Notes: a model not told the origin generated them from the sequence alone. Counted from the first letter of the stretch, positions 39,158-49,557 are shown. The stretch: DNA of 54,896 nucleotides from a virus (IMGVR_UViG_3300002219_000827:1-54896), one strand, 5' to 3'. Program-made: numbers and translations.

Positions 39158-40983
39158 AGCTGCCCCTTGGTACCATGAACTTGCCCTACCCCTCGATAAT
39201 TCGCCCGCACCAGCGCCTCGGCAAAAGCAGGAGGAACGGAATTGCCGCAGCGCTTGACCTGCTCTGTCGCCGTGATTTTCTTCCCGTTCGACGTCCGATC
39301 GATAATATAGTCAGACGGAAATCCTTGAGCATTGAACAACTCACGCGGAGCCAGCATCCTCATACCAATATCGGCAATCTGATATTCCTCGCCCTTCACG
39401 GTTACCAGACCGAAGCGATCCTTTGTGGTCACCGTCGCTAAAGGCCCTCTTATGTCTGGAGGCACATCAACACCGTAATACTTGATCAGAAACGCCCGAA
39501 CTTCCCCCAGGTGAAAGCCGCCAGCCGTCACCGTCGGCGCAGGATCAGTAACCGCCTGTCCGTGCCGACAAGTACCACGAAGTTTTATCAGGTGAGAGGT
39601 AACGAGGGAGTCTTTTATTTTTGAGGTAGATGTGAGTAAAGGAGAGTCTGCCGGTGCAGAATGAGATGTGCCAAAATTGCGGACCAGGTTGGCCGCTATG
39701 ATCCCGGTTTTTCCACCGCCATCGGCCATGACGGTTGGAGCCGGAGCGTCAACGGCCTGCCCGACGCTTTCCCCGAAATGCCGCACGAGACTTGCCGCAA
39801 CCAGGGAATGATGGTCGATGCTGGTAACGGTACCCAGCGGATCCACCGCACTAGAACCGACAACGCCGGTATAATGTTTTGCCAGGAACGCGGAAACCAC
39901 GGCATGCCGGGCCTCAGCCGTTACCGTTGTCAACGGAGCGTCTCCCGGCCACACGGAAGAGTCACCCGCCCCTCGATGATCTATCCCCACAATCTGAGGA
40001 GCGACCACGGCAAACCTGTTTTCCGTCGTCTGCGTTCGCAGTGGCTCAGTGATCTTCTGCCCACGGAAACCACCGCCTTTTTTCTCTCCGTAATATGAAA
40101 CGATGAACGGCTCCGGACTCTCCACCACATAGCGCATCACACCGCGGGCAATCCTCCTGAGAGTTGCATCCACCAGGGGACGCCGCACATTCAGAACCTT
40201 CCCTTCCTCTTTTGACAAGAAAATTGAGGGACACGGCCTACTCCACTCAATACACTCGGCAGCGGACCGCCATGGCTTGAGCTTCCCGGACTTCACCGCC
40301 GCGCTCTTCGGATCCCCGTGAGTAGGCTCCGGCCAAACAATCAACTCTCCGTCACAGCGAGCCACCAAGAAGAAACGCTTCCGCGATGTCGGAGCGCCAT
40401 AATCGCAAGCCCGCATCTCCCGGTATTCGACCTCGTAGCCATGCTTTCGGATTGCCTTCACAAAAGCCTGGAAGGTTTTGCCCCTCCGCTTCGGGCACGG
40501 ATAATGTTCACCATCGCCATTTTTAACCAGCGGACCCCAGGTAACAAACTCCTCGACGTTCTCCAACATAATAATCCGTGGGCGCTTCTTACCGATCCAC
40601 TTCAGAACAACCCAGGCCAAGCCCCTGATTGTCTTCTGAACCGGTTTCTTACCCTTGGCCTTCGAGAAGTGCTTACAGTCCGGAGAAAACCACGCCAGAC
40701 CCACGGGTCGGCCGCCGGTAACCTCCACCGGATCGACATCCCACACCGACTCACACAGATGCCGGGTAAGCGGATGATTAACCAGGTGCATATCAACCGC
40801 CCCCGGGTCATGATTTATTGCAATATCAACCGGACGGCCCAGTCCCGCCTCAATGCCCATCGAGGCACCACCGCCGCCGGCGAAATTATCCACCACCATT
40901 TCCTCAAAATTAAAACCGAATTGAGCCGGGATACGGAAACGGCCGTTCTTCTCCGCCAGAATCCCCTTGCGACCTGAAGCCAT
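39139..40983 (-). CDS. C5-cytosine DNA methyltransferase (orphan)
   Basis: FAGGGG, SPDCKHFS, ENV, RKRFF, GNSV motifs. Confidence 0.9.
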   Translation of the reverse strand: MASGRKGILAEKNGRFRIPAQFGFNFEEMVVDNFAGGGGASMGIEAGLGRPVDIAINHDPGAVDMHLVNHPLTRHLCESVWDVDPVEVTGGRPVGLAWFSPDCKHFSKAKGKKPVQKTIRGLAWVVLKWIGKKRPRIIMLENVEEFVTWGPLVKNGDGEHYPCPKRRGKTFQAFVKAIRKHGYEVEYREMRACDYGAPTSRKRFFLVARCDGELIVWPEPTHGDPKSAAVKSGKLKPWRSAAECIEWSRPCPSIFLSKEEGKVLNVRRPLVDATLRRIARGVMRYVVESPEPFIVSYYGEKKGGGFRGQKITEPLRTQTTENRFAVVAPQIVGIDHRGAGDSSVWPGDAPLTTVTAEARHAVVSAFLAKHYTGVVGSSAVDPLGTVTSIDHHSLVAASLVRHFGESVGQAVDAPAPTVMADGGGKTGIIAANLVRNFGTSHSAPADSPLLTSTSKIKDSLVTSHLIKLRGTCRHGQAVTDPAPTVTAGGFHLGEVRAFLIKYYGVDVPPDIRGPLATVTTKDRFGLVTVKGEEYQIADIGMRMLAPRELFNAQGFPSDYIIDRTSNGKKITATEQVKRCGNSVPPAFAEALVRANYRGVGQVHGTKGQLCASAQ

Positions 40984-41013
40984 CGTGCCCCCCTTAAAAT
41001 GTCACCACATACG

Positions 41014-41196
41014 TCAAGATTCCACCCGATCCCCACACCAGATAATCACGGTACTCTCATCATGGGCATCAATATCAACATCCTCAACCTCGGCCAAATA
41101 TGCACCGACATCGATTAAAACCGGACTATCTCCAGGAAGAGTTTGTTTCAACTCTTCGAGCTTGCAAATCAAATCATCTAAGGTAATCACCACCAA
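41014..41196 (-). CDS. Small hypothetical protein
   Basis: GGAGG RBS; packed in the operon. Confidence 0.5.
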   Translation of the reverse strand: MVVITLDDLICKLEELKQTLPGDSPVLIDVGAYLAEVEDVDIDAHDESTVIIWCGDRVES

Positions 41197-41231
41197 GCCT
41201 CCTTGGGTTTTCCAAGCTTCTCCTCCTGCGG

Positions 41232-41579
41232 TTATGCTCCCGCTTCGGCATCTTTTACGGTAGCGTCAATCCTTTCCCGAAACATGGCATATTCCAATAT
41301 TAGGTAATTGATTTCGTCACAAAATTTCTCATTCAGCATAGCTATAGTTGGCAACTTCCCGGCCTTCAAATCTTCCAGCATGTCAGCCAGGGAAACGCTG
41401 TGTTTTTCCTTCATTCCCACAAGGGCTTGAATCGGGTCACATCCAAGACGGCGACCGGCCACGATAAAATTATGGAACCTCTCACCGTTTCTGCTGTACT
41501 CTATCGCCTTTTTTGCCAAGACATCAGTAGTATTGGCTTGCAATTCTTTGACTATCTCTTTGAATCGTTCAGGGGTCAT
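41232..41579 (-). CDS. All-alpha nucleotide pyrophosphatase-like / nucleotide-modification-associated protein
   Basis: KAIEYS...FHNF...DEINYLIL pattern. Confidence 0.45.
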   Translation of the reverse strand: MTPERFKEIVKELQANTTDVLAKKAIEYSRNGERFHNFIVAGRRLGCDPIQALVGMKEKHSVSLADMLEDLKAGKLPTIAMLNEKFCDEINYLILEYAMFRERIDATVKDAEAGA

Positions 41580-41591
41580 TATTTTGTCTCC

Positions 41592-42020
41592 TTACAGGTA
41601 TTCTAAATTAACTCCGGATTCTTGGTACATCTCATTGGCTAAATCAAAATCATCTTTCCACCGCTCCAGCTTGTCAGTAGCGGGCTGCTTAGTTACTATC
41701 CTGCCAATACCAGCCTGGATAAGCTGGGCCGCGCATCTGGAACATGGGGGCATAGGATAAACATATATCGTACAGCCAGTTAGATCACGGTTAGCAAATG
41801 ACATGGCGTTTTGCTCTGCATGTAAAACTAGTCGATACTTTGTCTCTCGGTTGCCCAGTCGTTCGCTGGTGTCATTTACGCCCTGAGGAAAACCATTAAA
41901 ACCAAGGCTTACAATACGCTTACCATCGGTAATGACAGCACCGCATTTAGTTGACGGATCTTTCGACCATCCAGCAATATGCTGGGCCAAGTTAATAAAT
42001 CGTTGATCCCAATTTGTCAC
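41592..42020 (-). CDS. dCMP deaminase
   Basis: SKDPSTKCGA, GFNG, HAEQNA, PCSRC; GTG start after GGAGG. Confidence 0.9.
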   Translation of the reverse strand: MTNWDQRFINLAQHIAGWSKDPSTKCGAVITDGKRIVSLGFNGFPQGVNDTSERLGNRETKYRLVLHAEQNAMSFANRDLTGCTIYVYPMPPCSRCAAQLIQAGIGRIVTKQPATDKLERWKDDFDLANEMYQESGVNLEYL

Positions 42021-42394
42021 CACCAAGCCTCCTGTTTTCTTTTTTCCACCTTCACCGTCGGCATCCCCACCGTATCCCATGGATACGGCCCACTACTCGG
42101 CTCGATACTCTCCACCAATCCACCCGGGAAAGCCGTCAAAAACGGTACCAACAGCGCCGCCTTATCCGGAGTCATCCCCGAGTCCTTCAACCGCTGAATC
42201 TCCCGGCCAGACAAAACCAACCGCCCGGACTCGACCCGGCGGTTACGCTCCGCCGGGTCGTCGGTAATATCAATCTCCAGGCCGTCCCTGGTCCGGATCG
42301 TCACGACAACAAGGGAAAGCGTATCTTCACCCACAAAGCCCCCACCCACAAACCGGACAGGTAGCACAACCACCCTCGTGCCGCAACTCGGCAC
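42017..42394 (-). CDS. Hypothetical protein (start uncertain)
   Basis: Packed in the operon. Confidence 0.4.
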   Translation of the reverse strand: MPSCGTRVVVLPVRFVGGGFVGEDTLSLVVVTIRTRDGLEIDITDDPAERNRRVESGRLVLSGREIQRLKDSGMTPDKAALLVPFLTAFPGGLVESIEPSSGPYPWDTVGMPTVKVEKRKQEAWW

Positions 42395-42550
42395 CGCATT
42401 CCTGACACCTATCCACTAACATCGCCCAGGTGCCTCATATTCCATTTCTCAATCAACCGGCAATACAGCTCACACCCCTGATATCCAATCTCACACCCCT
42501 GACACGGATGCTTGACATACCCCTCGCTGTTTTCCATGATCACACTCCTC

Positions 42551-42587
42551 AAAAAAATGGCCGGCGAGATGGAGGCCCCGCCGGCCC
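42551..42587 (-). terminator. Terminator-like hairpin
   Basis: GGCCGGCG...CGCCGGCC followed by T7. Confidence 0.45.
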
Positions 42588-42595
42588 AAAGTCAG

Positions 42596-43312
42596 TTAGA
42601 CAAACACAGGGATACCAGGCAGCTCGGTTTCCAGGTACGCCTTGATATTCTGTTTCGCCACCATCTCCCATGCGCCCATATCCGCCTCATGGAGTGACAA
42701 CGTAACCGGCTCGCTCCGGAGTCTGAATACAAACTCACTAGCAGGTTGCTCCACTTCGGTAAACGTTCTGATCGGCCTGAGAACCGGACGAAGCGGTAAA
42801 ATTTTCCCGCTCTCTTTTTTAACCCCACGCTGGTAGGTCACCGCCTGGGTAACACCATCATCGATCACTTCCGCCTTGTCCTCGCAGCAAATCTTCCCGG
42901 CCACCTCAAGGATCTTGTCCAGATCCTCACCCTGTTTGAACGTGGCCAGCAACTTGATAACGAAATCTTCCTGAGTAAGCCAGGTTCCAAAGGGAAATGG
43001 CTTCTGATCCCACTCCGCAGTAATAATCTGGTCCCGGTTGCGCCATGGTCCCGAAACCGGCAAAAACGCTTGCACAACTGTCGGGGAAACGATCTGCAAG
43101 GCAACACGCACAGGATCGCACCCGATTTCTTTTCCATCAAAGCCGCTTTTCAGATAAGCCACCAGCCCCTGCAATGTATTGACCTGCAGAGCGGGAAACA
43201 TCGGATCCTGAATAGAAACCAATCCCTTCGAGGCAAACTCCCGGCCATCAGACGTAAAGTAATGCTCAACCATCCCTAGGTCCAAAATCTTCTCAATAAA
43301 CGCTTTAAGCAT
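42596..43312 (-). CDS. Conserved phage protein
   Basis: DDGVTQ and LRPIRTFTEVEQPASEFVFR motifs common in temperate phages. Confidence 0.7.
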   Translation of the reverse strand: MLKAFIEKILDLGMVEHYFTSDGREFASKGLVSIQDPMFPALQVNTLQGLVAYLKSGFDGKEIGCDPVRVALQIVSPTVVQAFLPVSGPWRNRDQIITAEWDQKPFPFGTWLTQEDFVIKLLATFKQGEDLDKILEVAGKICCEDKAEVIDDGVTQAVTYQRGVKKESGKILPLRPVLRPIRTFTEVEQPASEFVFRLRSEPVTLSLHEADMGAWEMVAKQNIKAYLETELPGIPVFV

Positions 43313-43478
43313 GCAAACTCTCCTTTACCTAAAATATTTTTTCAGCATCAAGTACTTCCGGCGCAGGCCCTGGTTGAACCGGACCCCAAATCCGGACCGA
43401 TACAGCCGGGTACGCGGTACCGCCCAATCCCCGTACACCAGTTGCGGCAGCGCCTTCGCCTTCAGTCCCCGCATATCA

Positions 43479-43847
43479 CTACTCCCCAGCCGCCGACTTA
43501 CCGCCGTCCATCACCGAAACAGCATCCCGATTCATCGGCAGAGACATCTGCGTAGGATCATGTTCCCATGCCAGGACCTTGCCCCCTTGCTTGCCGAAGA
43601 ACATCCGGGTACCCAACGCCACCGCAGGAGCCAACTTCGAGCTGGGGATAATTGCCACCATCGCCGTAGACCTATCCCTATCAGGCTTGATCTTCACCGT
43701 AATCGTAACCACCCGGACCGTATCCGGTTCGGTATTCGGGTCCATGATGTTCGCCAGGACCTTATCCAGCTCCTCATCAAAAAGCTGCCGCACCCCGCCA
43801 CCCTTCAAATTGTCCAAACTGACCGTATCACCATCCGTCAATGCCAC
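43479..43847 (-). CDS. Conserved phage protein
   Basis: VLANIMDPNT...SKLAP motif, typically paired with the downstream gene. Confidence 0.7.
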   Translation of the reverse strand: MALTDGDTVSLDNLKGGGVRQLFDEELDKVLANIMDPNTEPDTVRVVTITVKIKPDRDRSTAMVAIIPSSKLAPAVALGTRMFFGKQGGKVLAWEHDPTQMSLPMNRDAVSVMDGGKSAAGE

Positions 43848-43871
43848 GTATAGCCTCCTTATCCGTAATAA

Positions 43872-44204
43872 TCACGCCGCCAAAAACCTGCCGTCCCGTC
43901 CCCGCACCCGCTCTTTTTTCACCTTCGGCAACCGAAACAACCGCTTAACATGACGTTCCGTAGCATCAAACACCGCCTCCGCCTTCGCCATGTTCTCACC
44001 CTGAAAGGAATGACTGACATAATCATCGGTCGCCCTCGCCAGGGCCGTACAGGCCGCATTCAGTTTGTTGTGAACAAAACTCGAAGGTTTTTCCAATTTC
44101 ATCACGGCCTCAATGCAGCAGAGCCCGATTGTCAACAAAACCGCCCGCTGCTTATCCTCAGTCGTAATCACCTTAACCGCCGTCACCAACTCACCTCCTT
44201 TCAT
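43872..44204 (-). CDS. Hypothetical protein
   Basis: Ends RGRDGRF; packed in the operon. Confidence 0.5.
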   Translation of the reverse strand: MKGGELVTAVKVITTEDKQRAVLLTIGLCCIEAVMKLEKPSSFVHNKLNAACTALARATDDYVSHSFQGENMAKAEAVFDATERHVKRLFRLPKVKKERVRGRDGRFLAA

Positions 44205-44434
44205 AATTCATAATTCAACCTTCATCCTTGCCTTTCTACGGCGCACACCCCTCAATACCCTTGAACCAGACCGGCTCATGATCCGGGCAGTGATACAGCA
44301 AACCTCCGCAGTAACGAGAGACGACAAACTTTGCCTTTACATCCGTTCGCCTCTCGCTATCGCACTCCCTGGCAGCCGCACACCACTCACACGGCGACTT
44401 CTGAGTAGGTTTTATTTCCCGCCCGGACCCCATA

Positions 44435-44827
44435 CTATGCCGCCCGCAAGCTCTCGACGGCCCGCAGCAGCTCCGCAACCGCAAACTTCGCCGGCCGCCC
44501 CTCAGCCTGCAGCGCCGCCTTAATCCCATCCAGCACCTGCATCAACTCCAGCGGATAACAGACCAGGCCCATTCGATGCGCCAGCCAATCCAGGGGAAAC
44601 TGATTACCCATCTTCTTCATCAGCAATTCAATTTTGTCCGGCGGGAAAGAGCGTGAATCAGTAGATCGCATCATCCGCGAGAAATGGCAGTAATCGATCT
44701 TCAATTCCCAAGCGGCTGACTCCGGCGCCTGGCCCGCCAGCAAATAACAGCGCCGCAAGGCTTCCGTCATATTCGGCACCGTATCCAGCAGATCCGCATA
44801 CGAACCACCTCCGATTATTTCAGACAT
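44435..44827 (-). CDS. CII/YmfL-like DNA-binding regulator
   Basis: HTH-like AAWELKIDYCHFSRMM, LDWLA..G; start overlaps the intI stop. Confidence 0.55.
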   Translation of the reverse strand: MSEIIGGGSYADLLDTVPNMTEALRRCYLLAGQAPESAAWELKIDYCHFSRMMRSTDSRSFPPDKIELLMKKMGNQFPLDWLAHRMGLVCYPLELMQVLDGIKAALQAEGRPAKFAVAELLRAVESLRAA

Positions 44828-45836
44828 GACAAACCTCCATCTTATCCATCGGGCTCCGCACGGAGCACCCCTTACCCATCACATGGGTATAAATCATAGT
44901 AGTACGCACATCCGCATGGCCCAGCAGTTCCTGGACGGTTCGGATATCGTAGCCATCCTCCAGCAAGTGAGTCGCAAACGAATGCCGGAATGTATGACAA
45001 CCGCCGGGCTTGACGATCTGCGACTTTCCAACCGCCTCTTTTACCGATCGCTGCAAAACAGTCTCATGGATATGATGCCGCACCGGCCCGTTTGGAGCCC
45101 AACGCGGATCAGTGCAAACCTTTCGAGCCGGGAAAATGTAATACCAACCCCAGGTAAACGGTGCCTTCGGATACTTCTTATGCAAAGCGCCAGGCAGGGA
45201 AACACCGATCCCGTTCGCAACATCCTCTCTATGTACCTCCGCCACGCTCTCCAGGTGAGCCTTCAGCGGTCCGCAAACAACCGCGGGCAACATCACTACC
45301 CGATCCTTACTCCCCTTGCCCTCACGGACAGTCACCGTCTGTCGCTCGAAATCGATATCTTTCACCCGCAATTGCAGGCATTCATTCAATCGCAAACCAC
45401 ACCCATAGAGCAAAGAGGCCATAATCCTGTCTGCGCCATACAGATGCTGAAAAACGGACGACACCTCCGACCGGGTAAAAACAGTCGGCAACCGCTTCGT
45501 TTTCTTTGACCTCACGGCGTCGATATTTCCGATTTGCTTGGGAATGATGTGCTTATAGAGGAAGACCAGAGCATTTAACGCCTGGTTCTGTGTGGCAGGT
45601 GCAACATTGTGATCAATCGCCAGATGAGTCAAAAACGCCTCAATCTCAACCTCTCCCATCTCAGATAGCGGCCGCCGGCCATGGAAGAAGGAAAACCGCT
45701 TGACCCAATCACCATAGGTGTCTGCCGTTTTCGGACTGTACCCCTTAACCCGACACGTATTGCGAATCAGATCCAGAACGCGAGGCTTCTGCTGGTTTTG
45801 CGAATGCAAGGTTTGCTCAACAGGTTTAGTGTTCAT
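44820..45836 (-). CDS. intI: Integron integrase, intact
   Basis: LLYGCGLR, KGSKDR, HTFRHSFATHLL, QELLGH..TTMIYTHV, plus the integron-specific insert (SLPGALHKKYPKA..WGWYYIFPA..DPR..RHH); AAGGAG RBS before MNTKP. Confidence 0.92.
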   Translation of the reverse strand: MNTKPVEQTLHSQNQQKPRVLDLIRNTCRVKGYSPKTADTYGDWVKRFSFFHGRRPLSEMGEVEIEAFLTHLAIDHNVAPATQNQALNALVFLYKHIIPKQIGNIDAVRSKKTKRLPTVFTRSEVSSVFQHLYGADRIMASLLYGCGLRLNECLQLRVKDIDFERQTVTVREGKGSKDRVVMLPAVVCGPLKAHLESVAEVHREDVANGIGVSLPGALHKKYPKAPFTWGWYYIFPARKVCTDPRWAPNGPVRHHIHETVLQRSVKEAVGKSQIVKPGGCHTFRHSFATHLLEDGYDIRTVQELLGHADVRTTMIYTHVMGKGCSVRSPMDKMEVCHV

Positions 45837-45892
45837 TTTCTGACTCCTTTCAATACATTGAGTTAAAATCACGTGGTGGAGATAGACTGCAT

Positions 45893-45917
45893 AGAAGCGG
45901 TCCAATCATTGTTAAAC
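45893..45917 (+). mobile_element. attI-like site (core GTTAAAC at 45911)
   Basis: GTTRRRY core 75 bp upstream of intI, pointing away from it; conserved in the second copy. Confidence 0.6.
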
Positions 45918-46640
45918 CAACTCAGCTACAGCAACGCAGTACGGATCATTGGGTGAAGGGTCACCAGCCATCAGCTTGGCAAATGAGACATTGTGCTGGT
46001 TGGCTCGTCTGAGCGCGTCGAACTCGCCCCGGCAAGGGTGAACGTCATCAGGGCCGATGATATGGACGCACCATTCCGTTTTCTTCCCACCTTCTCCGGG
46101 CCGCACGGTATCGACGTATTGCATTATTTCACTGACCGCATCTATGACGTTTTCAGGGAAGAGGTCTGTGTTGCTGTAGGCCAACACCTCGCCGCAAACG
46201 ATGTCAGAGAGCCTGGCCATTTCGCTCAATTGATGCGTGTATGACCGCTCCATTTCCGCGAACTGCACCCGTAGTTGTTCAATTTCAGCGTCCTTCATTT
46301 GCCATATGCCCTGCTTGAGTTGCCCGAGTTCGATTATTGCGGCCTCGAGCTCTTCGCGAAGTTTTATCTCCCGGCCTACGGCGTTCACAACATCTTGATA
46401 ACTCTGTGACCAGCCATAATCACCTTCGACGCATTTTTGCTGTTCCCGAGATTGAACCGTGTTGCACATGGCAGCTACGCCGCAACCTGCGAGCTGTACA
46501 CGCAGTTGTTCCACGTCAGCCCTCAGAAACATTATTTCGTCCATAAGGTGTAACGCCGCCTCTTCAGTGCAAATTCCAGTTTTCCGGACGTAGTTTGAAA
46601 GTTTGTCGAGATTGATGTTCCTGCGCTTATAGTCGCTCAT
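45912..46640 (-). CDS. Hypothetical accessory protein (242 aa), first position after attI
   Basis: Its TAA stop lies inside the GTTAAAC core. Confidence 0.7.
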   Translation of the reverse strand: MSDYKRRNINLDKLSNYVRKTGICTEEAALHLMDEIMFLRADVEQLRVQLAGCGVAAMCNTVQSREQQKCVEGDYGWSQSYQDVVNAVGREIKLREELEAAIIELGQLKQGIWQMKDAEIEQLRVQFAEMERSYTHQLSEMARLSDIVCGEVLAYSNTDLFPENVIDAVSEIMQYVDTVRPGEGGKKTEWCVHIIGPDDVHPCRGEFDALRRANQHNVSFAKLMAGDPSPNDPYCVAVAELV

Positions 46641-46652
46641 AAATTTCCTTTT

Positions 46653-47063
46653 TTAACCCCTGAACTTTATACCGTCACCGTCGAAATAATGGCCTTGACG
46701 GTCATTAAACTCTGGGCATATTTTGTCAATTGCTTCCGCCAAACCTTCCATCCATTCAGCTTGATTTTCTTTCCGGCAGGTCATCACGTATCCAATAAAT
46801 TTGCTCATAACGCCTGCGGCAGGGTCTTGACGCTCATTCCACTTAGTTTCAGCTTCTTCCCCACTCTCACCGCACGGCCCTTCACATTCACACTTTCTGC
46901 ACACCACAAAGAAGAGAGGAGGTTCACCTTTCAATATCTGCTCATCGATGTACAGACTCTCCCCCCCGCAAAATGGACACTGTTTCAAACCAGTTGCATC
47001 CTCAAGGGCTTCCTGATCGCACTTGCAGTTAAATGTTGATGTATCTACCGTTGATTTACACAT
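46653..47063 (-). CDS. Lar-family (restriction alleviation-like) Zn-ribbon protein
   Basis: LKQCPFCGG...VVCRKC...A..KWNER. Confidence 0.7.
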   Translation of the reverse strand: MCKSTVDTSTFNCKCDQEALEDATGLKQCPFCGGESLYIDEQILKGEPPLFFVVCRKCECEGPCGESGEEAETKWNERQDPAAGVMSKFIGYVMTCRKENQAEWMEGLAEAIDKICPEFNDRQGHYFDGDGIKFRG

Positions 47064-47093
47064 GACCCCTCCCGCTGATTTGCAAAGCTGGTA

Positions 47094-47597
47094 TCAACAA
47101 TAGATATTTTCGTAATTATCAACATCCCGGCACGTTATTTCGTAAAAGCGCCGCTCCGTATCAGGCCAGTTAGTCAAGTCGACTCCAAACTCAGGCACAT
47201 TTCTTTCCCATGTACTGTCCCGGAGTCTTTTTGCCTCTTTGTACGCCATAGTGTCGGAATGATGAGGCCCGATAATTCGGAGCATGTCTATGTCTGCCTG
47301 GCAGCCTAATGATTTGATATATTCCACAAGCTTGTTATATTTCACGCTACAGTTTGATAAACCGAGATCATCAGGAAGCCTCTGATTAACCATCTTCCAA
47401 TCATCAGCGAGAACAGCAACCGACGACGGCGAATACATTTCTCTTGAAGGATGGTCAGTATCCCCAATGGCCATAAGGTCACAAATACACAGACTTTCCA
47501 TACCCATCAGCCACACAGAAGTGTCACCCCAATCAATCCGCTTGATCCCCCTGCATTTTCCGTCCTTTAATGCCTGTACCGCTTCGATGAATGTCAT
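47094..47597 (-). CDS. DUF2829/Tad2-like N-terminal domain protein
   Basis: MTFIEAVQALKDGK..IKR..W ... PS...LADDW signature. Confidence 0.55.
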   Translation of the reverse strand: MTFIEAVQALKDGKCRGIKRIDWGDTSVWLMGMESLCICDLMAIGDTDHPSREMYSPSSVAVLADDWKMVNQRLPDDLGLSNCSVKYNKLVEYIKSLGCQADIDMLRIIGPHHSDTMAYKEAKRLRDSTWERNVPEFGVDLTNWPDTERRFYEITCRDVDNYENIYC

Positions 47598-47599
47598 GT

Positions 47600-48301
47600 C
47601 TCACCCCACCGCCAAAATCAAACAAGTCAGCACCACCAGCAAAATCGCCGCCCAATCCCCCAGCGCAAACTCCCGCCGGCACCGGCACCCCTCCTCAAAC
47701 AAAAGCCCCTCACCCTCACCATACGCCCGCATGATCTCTTCACCGCAACCAGGACAAACGCTGTGATAGACTCTCATAAGAAATGCCCTCCAAAATTCCC
47801 GGATAAACGCCTCTCCCGCAGCAGCCGCCACAGTGCCCGGACCATACAGCACACCACCGGACTGACAATCGCCGAAGCAGCACACCAAATAACCACCTCT
47901 TCCAGAGTAAACAGTGTCTCCACAACCCCTCCCGATCCCCGTATCTACGCCGCCTGCCGCACTTCCCAAGATCGCATCGCTCTCACCCGCTCCGCATACC
48001 GCGGATAATGAAGATCCAGACAATCCTCACAGATCCCGCCCGTAACCGTATTCCGGCCACCTTCAGAGGACTTCGCTCTCAACCTGCTCCGGCAGTGCAT
48101 ACACTCAACGATCATCATGCCGCCTCCCTTGCCAGCCGTGAGGCTTTCGTTATAGCCCGCTTGCGAATACGGGCAGCCGATGTGTAGTTACCCTGGCACT
48201 CTAAACGTGCAGCCATAATGTTGGCGTGATACACGATATATTCGGCCTTCGGCATGGTTCGCTCTGCATCCAACAACTGCGAATCCTCATACCTCACCCG
48301 G
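47600..48301. repeat. About 700-bp direct repeat, copy A' (paralog of 51312-52016)
   Basis: Long near-identical stretches carrying the same small ORFs. Confidence 0.92.
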
Positions 48302-49130
48302 GCTTGACGATCTGCGACTTTCCAACCGCCTCCTTTACCGAGCGCTGCAAAACAGTCTCATGGATATGATGCCGCACCGGCCCGTTTGGAGCCCAACGCG
48401 GATCAGTGCAAACCTTACGAGCCGGGAAAATATAATACCAACCCCAGGCAAACGGAGCCTTCGGGTACTTCTTATGCAAAGCACCAGGAAGGGAAACACC
48501 GATTCCGTTCGCAACATCCTCTCTATGGACCTCCACCACGCTCTCCAGGTGAGCCTTCAGCGGCCCGCAAACAACCGTAGGCAACATCACCACCCGATCC
48601 TTACTCCCCTTGCCCTCACGGACAGTCACCGTCTGTCGCTCGAAATCGACATCCTTCACTCGCAATTGCAGGCATTCATTCAGCCGTAAACCACAGCCAT
48701 AGAGCAAAGAGGCCATAATCCTGTCTGCACCATACAGATGCTGAAAAACAGCCGCCACCTCCGTCCGGGTAAAAACAGTCGGCAATCTTTTCGTTTTCTT
48801 CGACCTCACGGCGTCGATATTTCCTATTTGCTTGGGAATGATGTGTTTATAGAGGAAGACCAGCGCGTTCAGCGCCTGGTTCTGTGTGGCAGGGGCAACG
48901 TTGTGGGCAATAGCCAGATGAGTCAGAAACGCCTCAATCTCAACCTCGCCCATCTCCGATAGCGGACGTCGACCATGAAAAAAGGAAAACCGCTTGACCC
49001 AATCTCCATAAGTGCTTGCCGTTCTCGGACTGTATCCCTTAACCCGACACGTATTGCGGATCAGGTCAAGAACACGCGGCTTCTGCTGGTTTTGCGAATG
49101 CAAGGTTTGTTCAACAGGTTTAGTGTTCAT
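48294..49130 (-). pseudogene. intI: Truncated integron integrase (lacks HxxR, LGH and catalytic Tyr)
   Basis: Near-identical protein to 44820-45836 but ends at IVKPG, where it is fused to repeat A'. Confidence 0.88.
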
Positions 49131-49186
49131 TTCTTGGCTCCTTTCAATACGTTGAAGTGAAAACAGGTGGTGGAGATAGACTACAT

Positions 49187-49211
49187 AGAAGCAGTCCAAT
49201 CATTGTTAAAC
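49187..49211 (+). mobile_element. attI-like site, second copy (core GTTAAAC at 49205)
   Basis: Same sequence context and spacing as 45911. Confidence 0.6.
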
Positions 49212-49541
49212 CGACTCTGCCAGTGCATCTTTGGCTATGCCCCTGAGATAAGCCGGATCACTTGCCAACGCTATAGCCGTTGCCCCATCCAGCCCGTTGA
49301 TGCTACCGGTTGACTTTAGCTGGTCTTCCTGCATCCACCACACAGGTTCCGAAATTCTGTTGAGTGCTTCGGTCAGTCGCTCAACTTGCTGGCTCAGATA
49401 CATGATCCGATCCCTAGCACCACAGCAGACAGCTTCATGCTCCAAAGTGTCCCGAAACAGCATCCGTACCTTAGATGCCATTTCCAGATCAGAAAGGCGC
49501 CCGTATACCATGTCCTCTTTTTTAACGATGTCGCCTGTCAT
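49206..49541 (-). CDS. Hypothetical protein in a reverse-oriented gene cassette
   Basis: Flanked by GTTAAACCG and CGGTTTAAC. Confidence 0.7.
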   Translation of the reverse strand: MTGDIVKKEDMVYGRLSDLEMASKVRMLFRDTLEHEAVCCGARDRIMYLSQQVERLTEALNRISEPVWWMQEDQLKSTGSINGLDGATAIALASDPAYLRGIAKDALAESV

Positions 49542-49557
49542 AACTGTCCTTTCGCCG

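Noticed and set aside
44820-45836. IntI as the prophage integrase or a XerC/D
   Set aside because: It has the integron-specific insertion and lies mid-operon, not at a prophage end; no attL/attR is visible in the window
46650-47034. attC sites in the left array (TTTTAAC 46651, TCATAAC 46805, GTTAAAT 47028)
   Set aside because: Core-like heptamers exist, but I could not pair them into a convincing R''-L''-L'-R' hairpin; they may be eroded or chance matches
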